Source: Amoebophrya sp. A120 (Eukaryota; Protista; Dinoflagellata). Taken from it: a DNA stretch of 64,000 nt. Below are positions 39,038 to 48,800 of the stretch, piece after piece. Positions within the stretch are counted from its first letter, which is position 1; each line of letters starts with the position of its first letter. The translations under genes and the position numbers were made by a program. Under the pieces are notes generated by a model that saw nothing but the letters and a program-made list of their open reading frames with translations, was not told where the DNA came from and searched no databases. Location of the stretch: NCBI GenBank assembly GCA_905178155.1, contig CAJINV010000009.1, positions 1,671,907 through 1,735,906 on the forward strand, in the 5' to 3' direction.

Positions 39038-41191
39038 TTAGTGATCCAGCAGAATGAGACGATGCAGAATGCCAAGCTCGGCTGTCCACTCTGCGAAAGC
39101 ATCGGCGTCTTCCGCATCCTCAATTCGTTTCCGGAGTTCTACGTCTAAATCTTGCAAGCCCGGCGTCCGGCTCAAGGCTACTAGCTGCGGACATGGAGGA
39201 GCCTTGAGGATCTGTGTAGAGCTTCCGCCTCGCCGTTCAACGTCTTCATCAAGAGGCGCTTGAGAACGCTCCTCTGCATATGGTACCTCTATGCTCGTCG
39301 CGTCTTGGGGACTCGATGGCTCCACGTGGTTGCAAATGGCACGGAGAAGCTGACGCCTCATCGCGTCTGAGGTGAGCAAGTCGAAAAGCCCAGCGTGCAC
39401 TGGCAACCGGATGAAAAAGGTGTTTTGGACTGTCACTGTGACTGCTAGTCCTGTTCGTGCCAGCAATGGCACGAAGCGGGGCCACTTCGCTGGAACGGAG
39501 GGGCTCACGACCAACTTATCGGCAAGAAATCGTTTCCAGTGCTGCTCCGAGAGGTAGTGCACGGGTGGAGAGACAAATGTGCGGTAGTGCACACAGCAAG
39601 CTACTAGCAATTCCACAAATTCTGGCAGATCGGATTGCAGATCTCCAGCGCCGTTGTCGCGCTGCTCGAAAGCGGCCTGTTGTCGTCTGTTTTGATCGTC
39701 TTCTTTTAGCTTTTCTTTTTCTGTCGTTTGGGGTAATTCTGTAGATTTGTTGGCGCCACCAACACCGTCTTCTAGTGGCTTAGGCTTAGCATGATCACTC
39801 TCCTGCTCGCCCCGGTCATCCAGCGTCTGTCTCAGTAGCCGCACCAGAAGTACCACAATCGAACAAACGGCTGTGCTTCCGTTCTCATCCAGATTGCGGG
39901 TAGCATACACACCTTCGCAGGGAAGAAAACCCGGGCGCCGCGACAAAAGTATAAGCGCCTCTCGCAACGTGCGAAACTTTGCCGCTCCGTGGAGCCGTAG
40001 GAGGCTGGCCTTCTCCTTCTGCCAGGCCTCTTCCCCATATTCTTCTCTAAAAGGATCCAGCGAGGAGATCCCCGCGAACGCTTCGTCTGTATAATTATGC
40101 CCGCCTTCTTGATGTTGTTCGACTGTCGCTGCCGCGAGGGTCCTTTCCGGTAGTGGGATTGCATAGGCTCGGGCATCTCCTGGAGCGCTTCCTGCCTGGC
40201 CGTCAGACTCGATGCGCGAGCAGTAGAACACAACGCTGCGACATTTGGTACACAGCTTACCCAGAAACGCGAGCCGCTCCTCAAGTTGCTGCATGTACTT
40301 GTGATTCTGGCCACGACGATCACATGCAGGGTTGCCTGTCGCGGAATCCTCATCTTGAGTATGACCGCGAAGGTTCGAAGCGTTGACGAAGTAAACGAGC
40401 TTCGTGACCTTCTGGAGCACACGGAAGCTCTCCTGCACCTGGAGATCACGCATGTGGTTTCCCGACGGGTTCTGGTGCAGCTGAGTGGCGGCGGAGGTAG
40501 CACTTTTGTTCATATCATTCTCGGACCGGTTCGTCCCACAGGCCCTTTGGCCACCATACTCGCAGTTGTTCCTCCCTCCAAGTGCGGCCATCATGCGATC
40601 GAGGTGGTCGCCTCCGATTTCGTGAAACCGCAACTGCACGAAACTAGTGTCCACACTCAGAGGCGGCCGCACCTCAACGTCAAACTCCGCGGCAAAGAAA
40701 GCGAAGGCTTCCGCCGTGAGAACCGCGGTGGCAGTACCCAAATCCGTGTCCAGGTAAGGCGGTTCATCGCACAGCTGCTTTATTGCGGCCTCCTGCTCTT
40801 TCTGTTCTTCATCCTCTACATGACGAGCTGCATCTAGCGGCTGATCCCCGGTTTCAGGATGGTGTGGTATATCAGCGCCTTGGTGCGGCCGTCCGTGTTC
40901 ATCTTGGTCGTGGTCCGAACTAGTGTGGTAACAGCGATTTACAAAGCTGCTTGTGATCGTGGGTAGAAAGGACTGCAGGCGCGTGAAAGACACATCCTGG
41001 AAGCGGGAAAAGCTGTGCAGGAAGGTCGACTTGCCGGCGTTCTGGTCCCCGATTACCAGAAACGAAAAGGTCCGCGTTTCCATGGACGCGTCGTCGTCGT
41101 CATCGCTTGGAACTTCCTCATCATGCAGTTCATGTTGCCGGTACGCGAACCGCTGCTCCGTGGCGGCCCGTCCTCTCTCGACAGGATACAT
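39038..41191 (-). CDS. P-loop (small-GTPase-like) protein; upstream exons possible near 41473-41952
   Basis: 717-aa ORF; FLVIGDQNAGKST Walker A and LRFHEIGG at the G3 position. Confidence 0.65.
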   Translation of the reverse strand: MYPVERGRAATEQRFAYRQHELHDEEVPSDDDDDASMETRTFSFLVIGDQNAGKSTFLHSFSRFQDVSFTRLQSFLPTITSSFVNRCYHTSSDHDQDEHGRPHQGADIPHHPETGDQPLDAARHVEDEEQKEQEAAIKQLCDEPPYLDTDLGTATAVLTAEAFAFFAAEFDVEVRPPLSVDTSFVQLRFHEIGGDHLDRMMAALGGRNNCEYGGQRACGTNRSENDMNKSATSAATQLHQNPSGNHMRDLQVQESFRVLQKVTKLVYFVNASNLRGHTQDEDSATGNPACDRRGQNHKYMQQLEERLAFLGKLCTKCRSVVFYCSRIESDGQAGSAPGDARAYAIPLPERTLAAATVEQHQEGGHNYTDEAFAGISSLDPFREEYGEEAWQKEKASLLRLHGAAKFRTLREALILLSRRPGFLPCEGVYATRNLDENGSTAVCSIVVLLVRLLRQTLDDRGEQESDHAKPKPLEDGVGGANKSTELPQTTEKEKLKEDDQNRRQQAAFEQRDNGAGDLQSDLPEFVELLVACCVHYRTFVSPPVHYLSEQHWKRFLADKLVVSPSVPAKWPRFVPLLARTGLAVTVTVQNTFFIRLPVHAGLFDLLTSDAMRRQLLRAICNHVEPSSPQDATSIEVPYAEERSQAPLDEDVERRGGSSTQILKAPPCPQLVALSRTPGLQDLDVELRKRIEDAEDADAFAEWTAELGILHRLILLDH

Positions 41192-42129
41192 CCGAGCGGG
41201 ACCGCCACCTTAAGGGTGGACCGCTTAGCAAGCGGTTGCTACAAAGATGTGCTCTTATTGCTTACTACTAGTGGACTAAAGTGAATGTACATCGGGATAA
41301 TCCACCAGCACGTCCCGAAAAACTTTAAAACTGAAGAAACTGGAGCGTAAGCAGTGGTGCGAGGCAGCTCTAAAGGTGCAAATCTTTCGCACGGGCACGG
41401 GGGGTGGCGTACTACGCAGAGACAAATGAAGAACAGCCAAGTGGTAAAAGAAATGATTGCGAATGCTAAGTGCTAATGTAAATGCGTGGCGGGGGGGGGA
41501 GAACTAGAAGAAGGGCGTAGCGGCCACTGTCGTGTTTGCTTCGCAGACCCAGACTTCAGAAAAAGATTTCCTCCACTATCACCACCATTAGAAATGATCA
41601 TTGATCTGCAAGTTTTGGATCGGGGATTGCCGTGGCCCCGGTGCAGATCTTTCAAACCTAGATCTGCTTTTACTCTTGCTGCCTTTTTTCGCTTCACCAG
41701 ATATTCAGCAACATATGCTTCGAAATGGAAATATTTTCTGTGTCGATCTATCACGACTACGAACTTCATATTTAATGAGGCCTCGTAAAATTGAATACTT
41801 ACACAATACCATGGGAATAATAATAAAGGCACAGAAATCATCTCCGAAAAATGTTCCGCAAGATCTTGCTGGAGAACAAGAAAAGTGTGAACATTGTAGT
41901 TAGAAACCACGTCGACACGGTCCCCATTGACCGCATCCACTAAATCGCGCACATGAGAATTTTGGGGATTCGAATAGATTGATACCGTACTTTGTCAATG
42001 CCATTTCGATGTTCGTGCTACTTGAAAACTACGGCACGTTCAATGACACGCATACATACTGTCAGCGAGCAAAACATCATGTCGCTTTGATTTCAGGTTC
42101 ATGTTCACACTCGTACTTCAGTTTTTTGA

Positions 42130-44100
42130 TTACTGGGGATTTTTGAGGTCGCTCAAGGCGAAGACGTAATCCTCATATGCAGCTGCGGCTTTTGCTTCCT
42201 TTTTTAGTGACCTCCACATACCGACCATCTCCAGCTCGACCTCCTTGCCGGCGTGCACTCGGTCCAGCGTGATATCCTTCAAGGATTGTTCTCTCGCTCG
42301 TCCGTCGCATACGCGTTCCAATAACGGATGGTGGAATTTGAATTTGAGACTTTTTCCATCTGAATTTTCTTGACGATCATCAGTACCATTGTCTTGTCGT
42401 CTTTTCTTGGATGACTTCGAAACTCGAGCTCCGTCAAATTGGGCTCGGACTCTTTTGCCGGAACTCTGCTCATAGATTTTGTCTTCTTCAACTACGTCTT
42501 GAAACGAGCCAGAGGAAAGACTGGACTTTGTTTTTGTAGATGTAGCAGCAGCTACGCCTCCTTTCTTCGCCATCTCTTTGAAGAGTTCGACTTCCTGAAA
42601 GTGAGAGAGTTTTTTCATGACTGGCGGAGCAGATGGAGGTGAGGATGTTGATGATGGAGCTGCTGACGGTCGTGCGGCGGCAGTCCCGCCCTTCCCAGAA
42701 ATCGGCATAAGGACAGCGCCGGGTATATCACCACGCTCAACGTTTTCGACTTGCGACCCCTCCATATTAGTGACACTCGCTTCGGTGAGGTGTGGGGCGT
42801 CAGCTGTGGCTTTGCTTTCGCTCCTTGTTCTCGACGTGCGTTCGCGACGGTCGTTGGGGCGTACGGCTCTGGTGGGGGCAAGATCGTTTGATGACCTGTC
42901 TGCATGATCAAGAGGTCGCACGTGGCCCTCGAGAATCAGGATGTCCTCATCTTGTTTTAGATGTGAGTCTTCACTTGCACCAGCAACTGCTGCGTCTGCG
43001 CTTTTTTTCTGGACCTTCTCGGCTCTGCCTTGCACTTGCCGGAGTCTGAGTCTCCTTATCGCATCGCGAACCCCGCCAACTTTGTGAATGGCGTCGTACC
43101 TAATCTGCTCCTGTTCAGCCTTGTAAGGATCGCGGTGATCGGGAAGATGAGTGCCCGCGTTAAAATTTTGTTCGGTTTCATTATTCTTGCCTTGCGCGTC
43201 GTGTTCGTGTTCGTCATAGTCTTCTAGATCAAGTTCCAGATCGATCTCGTTCTTTTTATGCTTGGCCTTCGGTCTGCTTTTGGCGTCCGCGTCTTCAGAG
43301 GCAGCAAAATCGGAGACAGCGGCAGCTCTTTCGGGTTCCGCGTCTCGGAGCACCGTATCCATCTGTTGAAAAAAATCAGACGATTTTGTCGGCTCCAGTC
43401 CAAAGTCGTTCTGTAACTCCTCTGCGGTCAGATTAAGGAAGAAACCCAGCCCGCCAACATCTACTGCTGTCATGTCATGCTTTGGAAGCCGCTCCGCTTT
43501 ATCGCGATCAGTAGAGCTTTTGTGTGCGGCGGCGTCAGCTTCGCCCACGGGCTCTATTTCCTCTTCTTGAAGAACCGAATTGCGATCCTTTTTTTTTCTT
43601 TGGAATTCCCCAAACATGTCACTCGTGACGTCACCATTGGCGAGGCATGTCGCCCATATTCTATCACGAATTGCTTGCCTCGATGCAAGTTTCGCGAGTT
43701 CATCCGCCTTCATCGTCGCTCTAATGTCAGCTTGCTTTTCCGCGCTAGGAACGATTTCGTCCATGCGCTTTTGCAGCGGAATGGAATACTGCTTGGAGGG
43801 GCCACCCCCTTTTGTTACAGTCGGCTGGTACATCGCCTTCATGGTCCGGACCTCAGCGTCCAAGCGAAGGCCGGACCTCTGGGTCGGCTCAGGAGTAGTG
43901 GACGAATTTGCGCTAGATCTGGTGTTGAGCCCCTGATCGTTTGGATTGTGTGACAATCGTATCAAAATTCGCTTCCGGGGTCGGTTTTGGTGGCCGACAT
44001 ACACACTAAACACCACAACCCAGTAGCATCCATCGGCTTTGACGACCTCACCAGGAAGCATTTTTTTGCAATGCTTCAACCCCTTTTGCAGTCCACCCAT
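42130..44100 (-). CDS. Hypothetical charged low-complexity protein
   Basis: Uninterrupted 656-aa ATG-started ORF; no recognised domain. Confidence 0.6.
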   Translation of the reverse strand: MGGLQKGLKHCKKMLPGEVVKADGCYWVVVFSVYVGHQNRPRKRILIRLSHNPNDQGLNTRSSANSSTTPEPTQRSGLRLDAEVRTMKAMYQPTVTKGGGPSKQYSIPLQKRMDEIVPSAEKQADIRATMKADELAKLASRQAIRDRIWATCLANGDVTSDMFGEFQRKKKDRNSVLQEEEIEPVGEADAAAHKSSTDRDKAERLPKHDMTAVDVGGLGFFLNLTAEELQNDFGLEPTKSSDFFQQMDTVLRDAEPERAAAVSDFAASEDADAKSRPKAKHKKNEIDLELDLEDYDEHEHDAQGKNNETEQNFNAGTHLPDHRDPYKAEQEQIRYDAIHKVGGVRDAIRRLRLRQVQGRAEKVQKKSADAAVAGASEDSHLKQDEDILILEGHVRPLDHADRSSNDLAPTRAVRPNDRRERTSRTRSESKATADAPHLTEASVTNMEGSQVENVERGDIPGAVLMPISGKGGTAAARPSAAPSSTSSPPSAPPVMKKLSHFQEVELFKEMAKKGGVAAATSTKTKSSLSSGSFQDVVEEDKIYEQSSGKRVRAQFDGARVSKSSKKRRQDNGTDDRQENSDGKSLKFKFHHPLLERVCDGRAREQSLKDITLDRVHAGKEVELEMVGMWRSLKKEAKAAAAYEDYVFALSDLKNPQ

Positions 44101-44216
44101 CGTGCCTGATTAGTATATGTCGCAACCGTGCCGGCGGAAAGGAGCCACAAAATTCAATTGCGAGCACGAACTAAATTGTTTATACAAGAACTCGACGTCG
44201 ATAATTATATTATTTA

Positions 44217-45055
44217 CAGAATATATTAACTAGCAAAATTTTGGCACTTTTACCAATATGACATATGACAATATTACAATATGTCAATATGACCAGTGAT
44301 TTTTGAGCAATATGACCGGAGTCATCGGCCTCGGGGACCGGAAGATGACCTGACGCGCAGCGTCCGTCGCATGCAGTAACAGGCCATCTTCGCTCCCCGA
44401 CTAATGCGGTGGCGATAACGTCCGGCGGTCGATAGCCGGCCGCCCACCGTTAGCCAGCTGCCTTGCAACGCAAGGGCTCCGCCCCGGATGCCCACTCGTC
44501 GCCGCGAGTCCCCTAGGAGACCAACAGACGCAAACTGCTCAAAATTCAGTGTGGTTTTGCCTAGTTTTGCTTTGATTAGCTACCCTTATAAGCAAAAAAA
44601 TTATATATCAGCACAATGCTACTTAGCCAGGTGGTTGGGCGCGAAAATAGCTGCCGAAAAAGCAAGCTGCGCTGATGCTGCGCCTACAACAGCCTACACG
44701 TTGTTGCAATCGACACGCTAACTGCAAAGACAGTGCCTGTGCCAGCAATAGCGCGCCAGGAGTGCGCTCAAGGCTGTAGGGCGTTGCCAACATGTTCGGG
44801 AGACAAACCTAGGAGGCGCCTAGTTGGTATCTGCACAAACTGCACAGCGGCGCGCGCGGTCCTAAAGACCGCACAGTCCGCAAGCAGTTCGGACAGGACC
44901 AATTTTCACGCGAGGGGCTGCCGCGAGCAATATGCAATATGACAATATGACAATATTACAATATGAGAATGCTACTTTTTTGATGTTTCGCTGCGCTGTC
45001 GTTGCCAAGTGTCATATTGAATGATATGTGTCATATTGCTAGTTAATATATTCTG
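44217..45055. mobile_element. Intergenic non-autonomous DNA transposon (MITE), Tc1/mariner-like TA TSD
   Basis: TA|CAGAATATATTAACTAGCAA ... TTGCTAGTTAATATATTCTG|TA; subterminal CAATATGA(C) repeats at both ends; no long ORF. Confidence 0.82.
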
Positions 45056-45821
45056 TATTTAGATTGACATGTACAAGAACGCGTCTCACGATTAATTTTA
45101 ATATATCAACATCATGTATCGTGCGGTAGCAGTAGCTTTTCAACATACTCTTACTCCTACTGCCGAGTTATATGCAAGAAAAACATGGAATTGGAAGAGC
45201 GGTCGAAAATAATAAGTCCTAATTGGCAACAAGTGCGTGGAACAGCACGCATAGACCAAGATTGATTTAAAATCAAAACCTTGATCGATCTACTTGTGCA
45301 GGTGGACTCGCACCATTGCGATCTTTCCGATTAGTCAGACCTAGCGTCGGCAACGAACGTGAATGTCAGTGATTTCGATTTGCATTGATTTCAGTGAGCT
45401 AGTAATGGGATCTCGATAATCGTGGTTATCGGCTGCACCACGATTGAACATTTGTCGAACACAGTGGCATATCGACATCAAGATGAATTCCTGATCGTCG
45501 CTTGAAGCAGAGGCCTTGCGGTGGTTTCTTTTCGTCAGTTGGAGGGTGGTCGCCGGGCGTTCCAATGAAAAGTTCCGATCGTCATTGGTCGTGGTTTTCG
45601 AACAGCAGCCTCACTCATCTGCCTCCGCACTACAGCGCAAAGAGCATTATTTTCTATCAGGAACCAAAATGCATGATCGTCAGACTCATTTTGTTCCGAT
45701 CCTGCTTCTGAGCACCAGCTATGTATTCGCATTGCAACGGAAGTTCGGCCGTACCTGTCGAGCTACAGGCTTCATCTGGCGCGACAGCGAGAAGAGAATT
45801 GAAATGCGTAGCAGTTCATCT

Positions 45822-48800
45822 CTAAGCAGCAGGATAGTGCAGTATTTTCGCCACGACAACCGACACGTTGTCCGACGCTCCCCGCTGCAATGCCGTTTCC
45901 ACGAGCACCTGAGCTGCTTCCTGCACCTCCTTCTGCCCAAAAGCGGTCGCTCCGACACTTGGTAACTGCATCTCCCCAATTTGCTCCGCGGTGGATCGGA
46001 GCACGGCTTCGACGATCTCACAGCTCTCGTGCGCGGAAATAGCGTCGAAGAGACCATCTGATCCGATGAGGAGAAACTGGTTTTTGACCACGACGGTGCG
46101 GGCGACGCCACCTGCTGCATCACCTGCGCTAAGCTGCTCTTCTTGTCCTCTCCTACTAAAGTCGTATTCGAAGATGTCGGGCGTGGCGATCACAAAGTCT
46201 TTGAGGTTTTCCGGCAACCTCCCGATCGACCTGCTCGTCGCCAATTTCCCCAGAACCCGCGGCAAGGGCCCCTCGCGCACCGTCACCGTTTCTTGCATTT
46301 CCGCGGACGCCGCCGGAGCTTCCGTCACGTTGGAGACAAAACCGCCCGGCCTGCTCTTTATCCTTGCCAGCTCCTCCCGCAAATCTGGGCGGTGCGAGAA
46401 CCCGACGCGCTCAATCCTGATGTTCACGCGGGGCTCCAGTTTGTCGCGGGTGAAGAACTTGGTTTTCTTCTCCCCGGTGTTGCGAATCGACCGCTGTTGC
46501 AGCAAAACGAGGTACATCTTTTTCGCGCCGCTGTTGCTCACCCGGATTTCCTCGATCTTTCCCAAATCACCGGTCTGCTTTATCAGAACCTTCTGCCCGA
46601 CGGCGAGGTCCTCGTCCGGGGCGTGTTCCTGCAGTTTCACGGTGTCAACATCTCCGAGTTGTGCAACTTGCTCGTGGTCTCTGCCCGTACTAGCGCTGTC
46701 GTCGGTATTTGGAGAATTGGAGTTGTCGTTCGCTTCGTTCTCCCTCTCCGCACCTCCTACGTCTGGCGGCGCTGCTTCCTGGTCCAAAATTTTCGCGAAC
46801 CACAGCTCGCAGTCTCCGATCTGCGCGACCAGCAGGGTGGTATCAAACATGATTGCGAGGGTCAGCGTGGATCCCGCGTCGGTGGACTGATGTTGTGATA
46901 TCCAGGCGTCAAACTTCTGCAGGGACTGATGAATCGCGGCCTTGACAAGATTCGTCTGCTCTCTAGTACTTTGCAAGCCCGGCTGGTCAGAATTTGCCGA
47001 AGCCTCGGAGTAGATCCTCGTCTGGTCGTGTTGAGGATGAGCATCTTCTCGCTCCTGCAGCAGGTGAGCCAGCAGCTCGGGGCGCAAGAATTGCTCGGGG
47101 TAGACGTCCCGTAAGGCCGCGGCAACCTCCTCTCCGTAGTGCCCGTCAAACACACCGAAGACGTGAAACGTCTTTCCTCCGACCTCCGTCTGCAGTGCCA
47201 GGGTCGCGTCCTCTTGCGCAGGGCGCCGTCCCTGGGCCTGCGCCTGACCGACGATCGGGTAGGCAAGGGGGCGGGAAATGCTTCTGCCATCGCTTGTAGT
47301 CGCGCCGTCGTGCTGGCCAAGAAGATGTCGGTCCTCAAAGCTTCTGCTGCCATCGTCCATCTCAAAGGTCGTGGGAGCATCTGACAAGTGGTCCTGACGC
47401 ACTTCTCCTCGCAGTGACTCAAGCCCTTCACTGTCAACATCTGATTTGTTAGGAATGGATGTCGATGCTCATCTTACTTGAGGCGTTCCGTGCGGTTCAA
47501 TATCGACGGAAAATGGAAAGTTATACGGAACGAAGGAATGTATCTCGAACTTCTCACACGTGGGTACTTTTACTTACATTCGGGTGAGAAAGAGGCATGA
47601 ACGAGGATAGCATTCGGCTCGTGCTTTGTTACTTAATCTCATCTCCACCTGCGCAGCTTTGTCAAATCCAAATGGAAAAAAGAGCTATCTAATAGGTAGG
47701 GCGTTCGGGCAACTAGTTAGTGGAACACGAAAGTTCTCTTCGTGCCGCGTTTTGTCCATCTTGTCGTCGCTTTGAAGCATTGCCTGCTCGTCACAAAATA
47801 GAAAATAAGTACTGTGGTTCTCACTTCTACAAGTACTTATTGCATTCATCTTGGTTGCGGGCTGAGGGCTGTCTGGAACCACAACCAGAACGAGCAGTGT
47901 GAGTACAACAACAAAAAAATTGAAACCGAAAAAAATGCGTAAGTACCTCTTGGAGTTGAGTCGGCGGCGTCCGGCTCAGGCTGCGACGACGTTGCACAAG
48001 TTTCTTTTTCGAAATCGCCAGCGTGCTTGTGCACATTATCGGCATGATCATTCTCTGCAGCAGCCTCTGGGCCCGAGGAAAAAGTTGATGTCGTACCTGC
48101 TGCAGCCGCTCCTTTCATCTTGTTGCCTGACGACATTGCTTCGTCGTCCACAGCAAACCAAGGATGCCGCAGAGCTTCCGTCGCGGAAATCCGAAGCTCC
48201 GGTTCCCAGACCAGCATTCGCCGCAGCAGGTCCCTTGCTAGGCGGTCCGGCAATCCTTCTCCACTGACATCGAGCTCGCGCAGGAGTTGTGAAAACTCAT
48301 TTTCGCTGCAGGGCAGGAGAAGGTTCGTGCCAGGGTGACGATCTTCGTGTTGAGCGTCCTCATGGTCATGCTCTTCATGTTGGCCGCGGCCCCCAGCGGC
48401 ACTTGCACTTCCCAGCGACTGTTCGTCAAGGTCATCAAGGACTGCGGTGTCCTCTCGATCATTCGTACCGCTGTCCTCCGCAGATGTTCTTAAGCCACGA
48501 CCGGCAGGATCTTCATGTTGACCGCTTGCTGCAAACCCAGCACTTGCGCTGGAATTTCTCCTTGTCCCTGCAAAGCCACCGGGGACCACGGTATGTTGCA
48601 GATGCAACCATGGCCGCACGCAATTATCGGTGAAGGCGTGCGCTTTGAGCGCGTTGACCACATCCTTGTCAGAGAAGCCGAGTTGACGGTATTTCATTTC
48701 GAGTCGTCGGCGCTTCCTCTGGTTTGACTGTTCGTAGCTTGCAAACTGATCGCTATTGGTCTGGAAGTGGTTATTTCGCGCATTCGACGAATGCTTTCTT

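Noticed and set aside
42130-44100. 656-aa ORF next to the MITE as its transposase
   Set aside because: It lies outside the TIRs and shows no DDE/D or HTH motif.
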